Notes: a model not told the origin generated them from the letters alone. Counted from the first letter of the whole stretch, positions 23,609-36,054 are shown. The stretch is 63,980 nucleotides of DNA, filler included, from Fonticula-like sp. SCN 57-25 (GCA_001724245.1; 9 parts of 9 records of this genome joined end to end with filler, not necessarily neighbours in it), one strand, 5' to 3'. Made by a program: numbers and translations.

Positions 23609-23667
23609 GCAGATTGCAGGTCAGTTTGCAGATTGCAGGTTAGTTTGCAGGTCAGTTTGCAGATTGC
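23609..23667. repeat. Tandem degenerate (CAGTTTG/CAGATTG/CAGGT) repeat filling most of the 95-bp gap between divergent start codons
   Basis: gcagattgcaggtcagtttgcagattgcaggttagtttgcaggtcagtttgcagattgc. Confidence 0.8.
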
Positions 23668-23700
23668 TCGTGAGGGTGGCGCAGCGGCGCGCGACATGCA

Positions 23701-25142
23701 ATGTACCACATATTCAGAGGACGCGAGCAGGGCATCTTGTCGCCGGTAGTCGTCCGGCGCGTGGAGATGACGCGCGGGCTATTTTCTTTAGAGTTGAGCG
23801 TTACACACCGCTTCGAGCGGGTGCATCGACACGGCATCAGCGCGCTCGCCATGGAGTCGCTCGAGCAGCGCTAGTGCGTTCCCTTGCCTGCCCACGCGCG
23901 ATTTCCTGCACATATTTGTGCTAATTAATGGCAACCAACGTGTGTTTTAGTTTGTTATCGGGCGGGAGTGATGGGCGCGTCTGCTTGCACGATGTTGAAG
24001 ACGGGGCGGTTCGCAGCGGGATGACGACGGTGGCGCTGAAGGGCCAGAGCCGCGGCGCCAACACGCACACGGCCCTCGTGAGCGCCGTGTCTTGGTTCCC
24101 CTGGGAGAACTCGCTGTTTATAACGTCTTCATACGACGGTTCTATTCGCGTGTGGGATCCGCACGCGATGCAGGCACGCGATTTGCATTCGCTGCGTTTT
24201 GCTGACGGCATCACAAACAGAGTCACGGCCAAGTGCCCTTTTTCCACAAGATCTTTTCGCACGCAATATCACCAATTGCCATGTCGCACACTCTCGTGGC
24301 CGGTGCGCTTCTTTTTTTAAATGCTTTTTTAAACTAACATTTCTGCAGCCGCGACCGAGGACACGCACGTCCGCCTGTGTGACCTTCGCGTCGGCGCCTC
24401 CTGCCACTCCCTCACCGGCCATCACTCGAACGGCGTCCTCTCCGTGCAGTGGTCCCCGCGCTTTGAACACGTGCTTGCCTCTGGCGGCTCCGACGGCCGC
24501 GTCCTCTTCTGGGACGTCCGCAAGAGCTCTGGCCCACTCACGTCCCTGAACCAGCACAATGTCTCTGAGGACGGCCGCTCCTTTGAGCGCCGCACGCAGA
24601 CGGGCGGCACCGCGCACAATGACGCCGTGCTTGGTCTTCAATTTTCGTCCGACGGCGTGCACCTCGTCTCGGCCGGCATGGACAACGCGCTGCGCCTCTG
24701 GGACGCACAGCGCGGGCGAAACATGCTTGTCAACTACGGGCCGGTCGCCGCGCCCGCCGCCGCCAACGTCGGCCGCGGCGCTGTCCAGTTTGCAGTGTCG
24801 CGCGAGACAGACCTGCCGCTCATTTTTTTCCCGACGAGCAGCACGCGCGGCGTCGCAGTGTTTGACATGTGCACCGGCGAGCGCGTCCACGCTCTCAAAG
24901 GGCACGCGGGCAAGGCGGATTGCGTCATCCTAAGGCCGGGCGCGCCGGTACGTGGCCGTTTTATCTCTTGCGCATGGCTTACGTGGACTGTAGGAGGCGT
25001 TCACGGCGGGGCGGAGCGGGCAGATTCTCATGTGGGCGCCCGAGCAGAAGCGGCAGGTGCGCATTTATTGATTGTTCTATTTGCGCTGACGAGGGCGCAG
25101 ACGGTCGTACCGGACGCGTGGAGCGACGACGACGACGCGTGA
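23701..25142 (+). CDS. ERCC8: Cockayne syndrome A / ERCC8 (Rad28/Ckn1) WD40 protein, spliced
   Basis: MYHIFRGREQG...RRVEMTRGLFSLEL...ERVHRHGISAL...EQRY|LLSGGSDG; VSWFPWENSLFITSSYD; VQWSPRFEHVLASGGSDG; NMLVNYG; ends DAWSDDDDA as in CSA. Confidence 0.9.
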
Positions 25143-25264
25143 GGCGGTGTCAAGGTACATATTTGAATTACGTTTATTTTGTACATTACTTTTGCACACT
25201 ATTTATCATACACAACATGACATGCTCGCACCTGGCGCGAGAGCAAGAAAGGGGGGAAAAAGGT

Positions 25265-25754
25265 CTATGTGCTGAAGCTCTCGCCGCAGCCGCACACGCT
25301 CTTGGCGGTCGGGTTACGGAAGATAAACTCGCTGCGCAGGTCCTCATTTACATAATCCATTTCGGAGCCGATGACGTGCATTTCGGCCTTTTGCGTAACG
25401 TACACGGTGACACCTGATCCCTCGTCAGCGATTAGACCCAAGAAAGCGGAAAAACGTACCGTCCTGCTTGACGGGTGTGTCAAACTTGACCTCGTCCTGC
25501 GGCTTTACAAAGTCCATTGTGTACGAGAGGCCGCTACACCCGCGCGTCTTGACGCCCAGGCGCACGCCTTGCACGTCGGGCTCCTTAGATACAAGCTCCC
25601 GAACGCGACTGATGGCTTCGGGTGTCTGCCGGAACGCAAAAGGTTACTAAAGATCAAGGGAAAGAGCGCATAAACAAGGGCGTACCATTGTTATCAATGC
25701 GCGCTTTGCAGCAACTCGCCGCGCGCCGCTCCTTACAGCGACAGGGATGCTCAT
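25265..25754 (-). CDS. ISCA1: Iron-sulfur cluster assembly A-type protein ISCA1/Isa1
   Basis: TPEAISRVREL...VRLGVKTRGCSGLSYTMDF; IGSEMDYVNEDLRSEFIFRNPTAKSVCGCGESF; two short introns. Confidence 0.92.
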
Positions 25755-25939
25755 TGCCCAGTCGATCGAGACGGATCGGTCACAACGTGATTATGGGTGG
25801 CCAAGCCGAGCCGTGATAGCCAAGTCTGACCTGCGATTACGCATGCGATTTCAGTTTGCATTTTGCACTGTCACTTGCACTGTCAAATCAGGGGTCGACA
25901 GTCGACAAGCAACATTGCACTGCACCCCGATCATGTGGG

Positions 25940-27539
25940 ATGGACGCTGACGCAAAGCAAGATGATGACGACAGGGAGGGCGAGGACCGCCCACTGTTAT
26001 TAAACGACGCGCCGTCGCCGTCCAGCCGCGTTTCGTTGACGATGGTGGTCACATCGGCGGCGGCGGCGCTCGGCTCGTTCCTGTCGGGCTACAATACGGG
26101 CGTTGTGGCGGGCGCCATGCTCTACATCATCCCCGAGTTTGATCTGGAGGAGCGCCCCGCGATGCAAGGCTTTATCGTGTCCGTGGCGCTCATGGGGGCT
26201 GCGCTGAGCGCGCTTGCCGCGGGCTACCTGGCCGACCGCTTTGGGCGCCTCGCAGTGCTGCGGGCCTCGGCGATCTTGCATGCCGCGGCCGGTGCGATGC
26301 TATGGTGGGGCATGTCGCTGGCGATGCTCGTCGTGGGACGCTTCGTGGCGGGCCTCGGGATCGGCCTTGTGAGCGTCGTTGTGTTTCTGTACATTGCCGA
26401 GTGCGCGCCGTCGGAGCAGCGTGGGCGGTTCAACAGCATCCCCCAGCTGCTGATCACGTCGGGCATCTTAACTGCCTACTGCGTTAGCCTCGCTGTGGCT
26501 CTTACTGGTGCGCGCGCTTTTCTAACTATACGTGATTCTCACAATATATATTCCAGAGAGCGCCGACTTTCGTCTAATGCTGGGCGTTTCGCTTATTCCC
26601 GCCATTGTGCAGCTGTTTGCCTTGGTGCGCGCCGTCGAGTCGCCGCGCTACCTCGTGTCCAAGGACCGCGCGGACGAGGCTGCCGCCGCCCTCTCATGGC
26701 TGCGGCGCGGCGCGCAGTGCGTTGACGCTGAGCTCTCCTCCATCGTTTCTTCGCAAGTAAGCGAGCCTTCCATGCCGTTCTGGAGCGCCTTGCGCGCGCT
26801 CATCGCCAAGGGCCCCGCGCGGCGCGCACTCGCGATCGCCGTCGGCATACAGTTCTTTGCGCAGGCGTCGGGCATCAACGCCGTCCTTTACTACACGCCG
26901 ATCGTGCTGCGCGAGGCGGGCGTGGAGGCGCTCTTTGTCAACGCGGGGCTGAGCGAGAACGCGGCGTCGATCCTAGCGACAATCCTCGTGTTCATCCCAA
27001 AGGTGCCCGCCATGATTATTGCCATGCACTGGATGGACTCGGTCGGTCGTCGGTACGCGTCTTATACGCCGTTTTTAGACTCTATCTGACGCGTGCAAAG
27101 GCGGATACTTTTGTTTACGATTCCGGTGCTTATCGCGTCGCTGACGGCGCTATCGCTGTGCTCTGCGCTGGACGCGAGCGCGTCGAACGCGCGTTCGATC
27201 ACGTCGCTCGTAGCGCTCACGCTCTACGGCGTCGCGTTTGTGGCGGGCCTCGCCGCCGTGCCCAACATTCTGTGCGCCGAGCTGTTCCCGCCGGCGCTGC
27301 GCTCCGCAGGCCTCAGCGTCTCGCTCCTGACCCAGTGGCTTGCAAACATTGCCGTATCGCAGACCTTCCCCGTGATGCACGCGGGGATCGGCCTCACCGC
27401 CACCTTTGCCATCTTTGCCGGCGCGTGCGCCCTCTGCTTCTTCTTTGTGCTCGCGTTCGTGCCCGAAACGTCGCGCAGGCCGCTCGAGACGCCGGCGCAG
27501 CCGCACGTGCAGCCGGTCGCCGCAAGCCGCCCATTATGA
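25940..27539 (+). CDS. MFS sugar/inositol porter, spliced
   Basis: LGSFLSGYNTGVVAGA, LADRFGR, YIAECAPSEQRGRF, ESPRYL, QASGINAVLYY, MDSVGRR, AELFP, FVPET. Confidence 0.92.
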
Positions 27540-27832
27540 TTGGACTGAATGTATCGATCAGTGTCAGATTTGATCCACAATGAATCCGGATCCCTTAATT
27601 GTCCACGACGCTGATTGGTCGCACTGCCCGATTTGGCAATAGGTGTAGTCCTCTACGGGCGCGGCCAAGGCGGGGCCGAGAACAGGGTGTGAATTCGCCG
27701 CAGCAGCGTGCGCACAAGAGACGCGGGTGCTGTCGCGCGTTGACCGAGCAGGTTAAAGTGCTTTGGTAATAGCGAGAGAGCCAGGTTTGGCTGCTCTGCC
27801 GCGCTGCGTTTCGTCTAGCTTTTTGATTTGTC

Positions 27833-28848
27833 ATGGAGCACGGCGACCGGTCCGTTCCCGCCAAGGAGGTGGATGCGGGCGAGCGGGTGCGCGCGGAATC
27901 ATTAAAGACGGCCTATCCACGGTACGCGACGAGCTTGTTTCACGCTCAAGTGCTTTGCTGAACGACACGCTGTGTTAGGGGAACGATGCTCGGCGAGTAC
28001 GGCTCCGAGGAGCCACTGCGGTCCTTTGGACTCGGCGGTGCGAATATGGTCAAATCGGTCTCCCAGGATCGCCTGCAGATGATGTATGACGAGGACTCTG
28101 GGTCAGACTCGCGGTACGTCTTTGTTTGCGCCTATGCGCTTATGTTTTTCCCCTCTCTTCTCGGCGCGCTGACATGTCTGCAGGTCATGGTCGACGTCAC
28201 CGACCGCCAGCTGGACGAGCAGCAATGTTGTGAGTCCATCGCCCGAAGACGGCTTGCGGCATCCCATTTCGCGGCGTTACACGGACGCTAGCTTGGCTTC
28301 TCCTGTACGCCCCTTTCTTATTCTGCTTTGCCGCTCACTTTGGTTGTCTCCAGTCGCCGACGCCTCCGATGATCCTTTCGCGGCGGCAGAGCCAGCCCGA
28401 CCAGCCGACTGGCGTGCTCGCGCGCATCCGCCGCGCCGTGACGCCGCAAAACAACAGCGCAGAATCCGGCGACGTTGACGCGAACGGCTCATCGCGCAAG
28501 AGCCGCTTCAGCCGCCCGTCGGACGCCAAGGACTCGCCGGTCCGCGAGACGACCTTTATCGACAAGATGGTGGACAACAACGGCAACAAGATCTTGAATC
28601 AGTACTTGCTGCTGGAGACGGTCGGGCAGGGGCGCCACGGCAAGGTAAAACGGTGCATCGACACCGACACTGGCAACGTCTACGTGCGTTTTTGGGTTTT
28701 TTCCCTGCGCGTTGCTGATCATGATTCCATAGGCCATCAAGATGATTAAAAAGAATGCAAAGAAGCGGTTCGGCGTCCGCGAGGCGAGTCCGCTTGAAAA
28801 GGTCCGCACGGAAATCGCAATCTTGAAAAAGTGCGACCACCCGAACGT
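27833..28848 (+). CDS. CaMKK/Sak1/Ssp1-like Ser/Thr kinase, N-terminal part (truncated)
   Basis: VRETT...GNKILNQYLLLETVGQGRHGKVK...|AIKMIKK...LEKVRTEIAILKKCDHPNV. The 5' exon structure is approximate. Confidence 0.8.
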
Positions 28849-29053
28849 NNNNNNNNNNNNNNNNNNNNNNNNNNNNNNNNNNNNNNNNNNNNTTAATTAA
28901 TTAANNNNNNNNNNNNNNNNNNNNNNNNNNNNNNNNNNNNNNNNNNNNCGGATCAAAAAAGTTGTGTCGCGGGATCAAAATCTGAATAGGCGGTGATTAG
29001 CCATTGGATCTTATTGGAAATCATACAAGGCCGGACTCTACCCTTAACAAACA

Positions 29054-30824
29054 CTATTCCTTCTTCTCCTCCTTCTTATCTCCCTCCTCACTTTCGCCCT
29101 CGCCATAATTCTCCGTCTTCATATCGTTCAACCCCCACTCCTCATTCTCCTCCCACCCCCTCTCATACTCCTCCACCTCCATATTCGGATCCTTATCCGG
29201 CGCATACACATTCTGCAGATAGCTCAACCCAAGCGGGTCCTCCATAACAACAGTCACCAATTCCTTGCACTCAATGACGTCATTCAGGCGAGCGATGAAT
29301 GCGTCAAATTCAGCATGGGATGTGCGAGTGTCGCCTGCGAGAAAGGGGTTAGCCTGGATTTGGTCGCGGATTTGGACGAGGAGGGCTTCGAGGGTGGTGA
29401 AGCGGGAGCCGAGCGTGCCGGAAGTGACCTCGAAGGAGAGCTCGGGAATAGTAATCTTGCAACTGTCGGACTGCGGATAGAGTGAGTACAGAATCGGTAT
29501 ACCCACAATTACCCCTTCCTCTTCTTCCACGTACCTTGAGCACATCACGCGACATGTCTTCAACACCAGTGACCTTGAGTGTAATTCGCTTTCCCTTTTC
29601 CGAAATAGCGCCGCCATTTTTGACTTCGTTTGTCTTGTAGCCGCACGCGTCACATGACGTGGCCATAATAATCACTTCCTTGAAGAACGGAATGTCTGCA
29701 GGGGAAGAAATAAGTGAGTATAAAATAGGGTTAAATGCATGCATGGAAATTTAACATATATATGGCAAAGTATCATATATGAAGCACTCGTACCGATCAT
29801 GTGCATCATACACGTGGCCGGAACAGAGCAATTCGAACAAATGGCGGGAAACTGATACACCTCCTTCTTCTCATCATCGCCCAAGTCAGTCACCTGCAGG
29901 GGTGTCTCATTAAGGCCAAGTGCCATATCTTGGGCTGGGGTGCGTGCATAGTGGCGAGTGGCAAGCTGAGGGTCAATCGAGGGGTAGTGCCTGAAGGGAA
30001 AGAGGGAAGAAAGGGGGAATATGGGGTTAGAAGGGAGAGGAAAGAGAGAAGGGAAAGAGAGAAAGAAGGGTATTTAATGACTTTTCCACGTACAGGTTCT
30101 CGATGTAGCTGTTACCACTGGGATCATCGATCACGACATCAAACTGCTCACCCCCCTCGAGCAGTCCCTTGACACGTGACACGAATGCCTCCACCTTGGC
30201 CGTTCCTTCAGTGTCGTTGGCGCGCACCTCGTCGGTGAGGAGCGACTCGAGGTTGGAGGCGACGTCCGAGAGGATGCCTTCGACGGTGTTGAGGGATCCG
30301 CGATCGGCGGTGGGGGGGATCTCGAGATCGATGGAGGGGACAGTGAGGCTGCAGAATTCGCTCTTTACGAGCTGGAGAGAGAGGAAAGGGGGTCAGAAAA
30401 GGGAGGAGAAAAAGAGAAAAAGCGGCAAAAAAACACGACATCGTACCTGACGGTTGAGATCCCTGCTGTTCTTGATGGTACACGTCATGTGCACACCCTT
30501 TTCGTTGATCTCGCGCGCCGACTGCACCTCGTTGTTCTTAAAGTGGCAGTGCGGGCACTCGAACGCCATGATCACAATCTCCTTAAAGTGAGGGATGCGC
30601 GTCAGGAGCAGCGTCGTCTCGCCCTGCTCATGGCAGTTCATGCAGAGGGAGGGGATGATGGTCGGCAGCGCATTGGGATCGAGATCGTCAAAGGCGGCCT
30701 TCGGGGCAGAATCATCGGCCACGGGGGGCACTGAAACACAAAGCGTATGTCAGTACATGTGACTAGTGTAGATCAGGGTAAAGATGGGCATGCGGCACGC
30801 ACCGGTAGCAGCTTCGTCCGGCAT
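29054..30824 (-). CDS. ZPR1: Zinc finger protein ZPR1, multi-exon
   Basis: [50 protein letters not shown]...[43 protein letters not shown]...[10 protein letters not shown]. Confidence 0.95.
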
Positions 30825-31547
30825 GATGGCGGGCAGATCGATATGTGGACACACGTGGAATATGATCACGTGGATGTGCGTAAGCTTTCAGAAGGGGCCA
30901 GAAGGATGATTAAGCACAAGGCTGTGGCAGGGTTGTACACGTGTTTTGGTTGTAAGCACAGTGCTGTGGCAAGCTTGTACGTGCTTTGGCTCTGATGCGA
31001 TGGCCGCGACGGCCGAGATGTTGACAATCATGTGAGCATCATCATGTGTCACTCTGATGATTCTGATGCCCTTGCGATGCCCATGTCTGAATCGTCTTCT
31101 CATGGTCTTCCCACCTCTTTTTTGTTGACTGTCCGTCCCTGACCAGGCTTTGGCTTTTGCCACCTTTTGGTCGGCTATGGTCGGTTTTTTTGGCCCTATT
31201 TGGGTCCGCTTTGGCCCACTTTGGTCTTTGGCACGCGCAAAAAGCCCGTCCGGCTCGGTCGAGGCCTCGACGCCCTGGCCGTTACCACTTATGGTCCACC
31301 CACGATCAAAACAAACTGACAAAGTGCACCAATCACGCACCTCAGAATTGAGATGCACCAATCACAAACACGCCATGATCCGTCTCCTGCCACAATAGGA
31401 AAGTATCGGGCAAAAAACGTTTCTTCCGATGTTCCTGCAACCAGACTGCTTCGCCTCGCGTACCGGCAACCTCTGCTGCAGCGTCGCGCCTCGACCGATC
31501 TACCCCACTAACCGTCTTTCCGCATCGTTTTTATTGTTATCCCAAGC

Positions 31548-32645
31548 ATGAAGGCCTTTTCCGCGCGCTTTGCGCTCATCGCCGCCGCGCTGATCATGTC
31601 GGCGTCGGTCGTCGCTGGCGCCGTCCCTGCCGATCTCACTGATCCTTCCAAGACTGGCGTTGCCTTTGCCGGCTCCGCGTACCTGGTCAACTACTACTTT
31701 GGCGTTATGGATGTCCTTATTGACAAGGGCGTCGTCGACCCCGCTCGCTCGCACCTGGGCGGCATCAGCGGCGGATCCATCACCTCGTTCTTTACGTGCG
31801 CCGGCATTACCCCCACCAAGCTGTACGAGTCCTTTTCCGGGCTCTTGACTGAGTGCGTCGACACGTGGAACCAGACGACGCAGGTCTTCCCCTGCATGGG
31901 CGATCTGTACCACCTCGCCCAGGTCGGCTTCAAGGAGCTTGTCCCCGAGACCTCGACCGCCTATGAGCAGTGCCAGGATCGCCTCAACCTGTGCGTGTCG
32001 CAGCTCAACCCCGCCTCGACGGACCTCAACAGCCCGACGGCGCAGATAGTGAGCACCTTTTCCAACATGTCGGACGTGTACAGCGTGCTCTCCGCCACCA
32101 GCTACCTCTCGTGCCAGTCTTCGTACCGCCCGTACACGCTGATGCGCGGCGAGCCGGTGATGGACGGTGGTTACGCTTGCGCCTTTGAGGACATTTGCCC
32201 CCAGGGCAAGACGTGCATCAAGGTCGGCGCCTACTACATCGGCCCGCACGTCAAGGACCCCGAAGCCGGGTGCTTTGACTTTACGGATCTCCCCAGCGAT
32301 GCGACGCCCGACTACAACGATCCTGCCAAGATGACCGCGCCGTTCGCACCCATGGGCTCGCTCCCGGCCACCTGCCCGACAAACCCCAACTTTACCGAGG
32401 CCAAGGGCAACACGATCGCGCCGGGCCTGCACGCGGGCAACCCGCTCAACATGACCTGCAAGGACTGGCAGAAGCTCGCTTACTACCCGGACAAGGACAT
32501 GTTTGAGTTTATCTTTGAGCAGGGTAAGAGGGACGCGCTCTACTGGTATGACAGCCAGGATAACGCGGCGGGGAGGGTGTCGGGCGTGATCGTCGGCGGG
32601 ATCGCCGCAGCGATCATGTCGATCATGGCCATCAGCTCGTGGTAA
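31548..32645 (+). CDS. Secreted, possibly GPI-anchored, Cys-rich patatin-like phospholipase; intronless
   Basis: N-terminal signal peptide; GVAFAGSA oxyanion-like block, GISGG (GxSxG) and MDGG catalytic motifs; hydrophobic C-terminal tail after DSQDNAAG. Confidence 0.75.
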   Translation: MKAFSARFALIAAALIMSASVVAGAVPADLTDPSKTGVAFAGSAYLVNYYFGVMDVLIDKGVVDPARSHLGGISGGSITSFFTCAGITPTKLYESFSGLLTECVDTWNQTTQVFPCMGDLYHLAQVGFKELVPETSTAYEQCQDRLNLCVSQLNPASTDLNSPTAQIVSTFSNMSDVYSVLSATSYLSCQSSYRPYTLMRGEPVMDGGYACAFEDICPQGKTCIKVGAYYIGPHVKDPEAGCFDFTDLPSDATPDYNDPAKMTAPFAPMGSLPATCPTNPNFTEAKGNTIAPGLHAGNPLNMTCKDWQKLAYYPDKDMFEFIFEQGKRDALYWYDSQDNAAGRVSGVIVGGIAAAIMSIMAISSW

Positions 32646-33421
32646 AGGATCTGATGGCGGTGAAGCAATCGTTTTATTTTGTGAGATGCCGCAATAAATT
32701 GGATTCTTGTTATCAAGTGTCTTGAAAAGGCTAATGAGAGATGTGATGTACATGTCGAAAGTGCTTCGAGGTCGCTCGCGTTGAGCCATCACACTTGGAT
32801 GAAGCAATCAGATTACTTGCGCCACAAAAGAGACCACAAAGTAATACAATTGTGATTCGTCAATGCTGCCACATATGACTATACTGAATTTGAGCATAAA
32901 TTGTTTGCTCAACGGAGATGACCTTGGTCCTTGGCATCATGTGGGCCGGAGCTCAGATCACCATCAGATGACCAACTCGAACAATATGTAGGTGGCAAAA
33001 GACAATGATGGAGAGAGAGCTTAACCACGCAATATGACGTGGCGAACCGACATCTTCCGCGACCTCTTTGCCAGTGTCACTTTCAGATTCAATCAGTTTG
33101 TCAATGAGCTGAGTGCAGTGCCGTGCAATCAAAAGGTAAGAATTTTTTTTTCATCACGTGGCCAACTTTTCTTTTGCCTGTTGTGCAGTCCCAGTGGGCG
33201 GTGGAAATGATCATGCAGTGACACTCTTGAATCCATCAACAACTATGCAGTAATTCAGCGGCGTCCGATGAAGGAGCGACGTCCGATGTAGGAGCGTCCG
33301 ACGAAGAAGCGGCAGGACTCGGAGCGGTCTCTACCCGAGCACGCGAGGGTGATCGTGAGAAACCTGCGGAGGAGAAAGCCGCGTCATCAAGGCCTCCCTC
33401 TCATTGTCCGTCGTAGGCGCT

Positions 33422-34497
33422 TCAGTCAATTGGGCACTGACGATAATAAAGTAGATGCTGGCCCTGAGTCAGCCTACAATGATCGGTCATAGCCGGCCGT
33501 ACCGAAGGCAATAGACGAGGTGGGCGATGGAATGGCCCAGCTGGAGGAGCGACATCTTGCCGCCGTGCAGCGCATCCAGGCGCAGAAACCAATTCGCCAA
33601 GGACGGCTTGAGATTGTCCCTCGTTGGCGGAAAGTGTGCGAGTACTAGGCGCGCGACGGCGAGAGCTTCGGCGGGAGCTACATCCGGGAACGCATCCCAC
33701 GCGCCTTCCTCCTCTGACGCTATGGCCCATGGTCGGCGGGAATCCCTCAGTGCGGAAGCGCTGAAGGACCGGACGTTCCGCCGCCTTTTTTGCCCGCACG
33801 AACTCGTCAAAGGACTCGTCATTGGCCTCAATGCCTGTGAGAGGCGAAAACGACCAGCCCGAGCCCGGCAAAGCACGCCACAGCCTGTACGCTGCTTTCA
33901 GAGTACCGTACTTGTTGATGACCGAGCTCGAGGTAATGGCGGTGCCACCCGCGGCCTCCTGGACCCTCAAAGCGATGAGGGTAAGTTCGGTACCCCTAAA
34001 GGTGCCGTTGTCGGTCTGCTTGCCGGCGCGCTTCTGCACGAGCATCTCATCGAGCATCGCGCGCTCCATCGCAGGTGTCCGCATCAAACGGACACCCCCT
34101 CTTCTTCGCCCCCGTCTGGGGCACCCAATCGGTCTCGCCATCTGTTCTGGTCACCTACAGGCACCCATACTGGGATGTGCGTCCCATCCAACGCTCCTAG
34201 ACAGTGACGAAAGGAGCTGTATTTCCTTTGATGCAAAACGGGCGCGAGAGTGTACTCGCCCCCAGGCGAGGGCTGCGGCAGCGCAACGACCTGGGGGTAG
34301 AGCTGCAAAAGCAACCCAAGCACGAGGTCAAAAGCAGTAAACAAAGTGCGCGTGCTGCGATGAAGCTGACCACTCAGTAACGGAAATGTGACACCATGCC
34401 CGGCCACCATCAGGAAAATCCCGAGGGCTTCAAGCAGCGTGACCCCATTGGGCATGATGAGGCAGTTATCGCAAACATCCAGCTTATCCTTGGCCAT
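33422..34497 (-). mobile_element. Degenerate PIF/Harbinger transposon: N-terminal DDE transposase fragment (34084-34497) abutting a Myb/SANT-like ORF (33422-34084)
   Basis: LEALGIFL...HRSTRT...FRHCLGALDGTHIPVWVP...RWRDR contains the first catalytic Asp of Harbinger transposases. LDEMLVQKRAGKQTDNGTF...INKYGTLKAAYRLW...SGWSF...EANDESFDEF...RFRTEGFP is Myb_DNA-bind_3-like. No terminal inverted repeats identified. Confidence 0.8.
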
Positions 34498-35565
34498 CCA
34501 GTCGATGCACTAGCGCACAAAAAACGCGAGCGTCGCACGACGGCGGTTGAGAGAAAGCTGACGTGAGCTCATATTATGGTCGTGTACGAGTGTACGGGAC
34601 GACGATTACGCAATTGTAAACTGAATGCAAAAACTCCCGCCAAACCCTCCCGTCACTACTGTCCCGCCCTGGCCCCGCCAAAAATGATTATGACCTGTAT
34701 CTTTTTCGTTGTTTTCTCTTTTGTTGTCTCTTTAGATATACATGCGACTCATGCCTTTTCAGTGTGCTCTTTCATTACATCTTTTTTTCCCCTCTCTCTG
34801 CCCGCAATACATGAATATTGTATGTACTAGTGTTCATCGAATACTATTTGCACCATGTACATGCTGCGGCCCTCTTCGTATGAGAGTCAAAAGCGACCCC
34901 TCTGCCGTCCATGCCACTTTGGTGACGGTATCTGATAATGGTCATTCCTTGTGCGGACCTCGGTGATGCCGCGCGCGAAGGCGATCACGAGCGGCGCATC
35001 GGCGGCATTTAGCGCGCGAGCGCGGCGATGGCGTCACGGATGATGCGGATCATCTCGCGATGCCGGCTACGGTCAACGTAACGTATCAAAGATAATGTCA
35101 TTTGTGCAAGAAGAACAACGAGCGGTGCTTGTACGAATATGTAAGCGCGGGTGGGCGCTCGCATGCTCATATAGAGGCGATGATGGCGATCGACGCTGCG
35201 TCAGAATCCCCAGGCGGCGCTGCCGGCATAATAAGTGGGCATCACAGAGCGCGGATCACCGTCAGCTCACCACAATCGCCTTAAATACAATGGCAAATAG
35301 GAGACCGTTTGACCACATAACGACGCCCTTCAATTTCGACCGACATCACCATGCCTTTCGCAGGACTTCTCGCCCCGTTCTCGCCGTTCTCGGGTCGATG
35401 ACTCATGACTCGAGTCGATCAATCACGTGACCAATGTTACACAACTCGTGGCCGACGTTGCTGACAGCTATAGTGACAGGTCTCTCTGTATCTGCCGCGC
35501 GCAAGTGGGCAGCAGTTGAAGTTGTAGGAAAGGGAAGCGAAAAAAGTGGTGGTCGCAAATTCGCA

Positions 35566-36054
35566 ATGGCGCCTCACCTGGTCAAGAAGGCGACTATAGA
35601 GCCGCACACGAGCGACGTACGACATTCTTTGTTTTTGATGTGCTGCTGGTCTGATGCTGATCGTGTTTTTAGGTGAACGGGTGTGCGATTTCGCCCGACG
35701 GCACTTTGGTGGCAACTGGTAGTGATGACGGTTCACTCTGCATCACCAATATTGCCACGCAGGCAAACGTGTACACGGTGCAGTGTCGTCACGATGTACG
35801 AACCCGTTTTGCTCTCTTTTGTTCTGACACCACATCAAGTTGAATGATATCGCGTGGTCGCCCGACGGGACGCGTCTCGTCGCCGTTGCATGGGGTGGCA
35901 TTGTCAATGAAGTCACCATCAACAATACGCACTCGATCGTGTACAAGATCAACAATGTGACAGGGCGGTGCGGCACGATCGATCTTGGAGTTTGCAGTTT
36001 GCAATCTGTCAGATACCGATTGGATCGGCAAGCGACCGTCATGACCATGCAAGT
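35566..36054 (+). CDS. N-terminal WD40 part of another WD40-SAM family member (truncated at contig end)
   Basis: MAPHLVKKATI...|VNGCAISPDGTLVATG...LCITNIA...|LNDIAWSPDG...HSIVYKI has the same exon layout and motifs as the copies starting at 38357 and 41066. Confidence 0.7.

Noticed and set aside
31145-31235. TTTGG-rich iterated stretch upstream of the patatin gene
   Set aside because: Short low-complexity sequence with no consistent period or structure.
33034-33221. Small spliced ORF candidate (GTAAG...TGCAG intron-like) near the Harbinger remnant
   Set aside because: Only ~44 codons with no recognisable similarity; cannot be supported.
34860-34965. Minus-strand peptide TVTKVAWTAEGSLL resembling an orphan WD40 blade
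   Set aside because: A single weak motif with no clear splice context; insufficient without a profile search.
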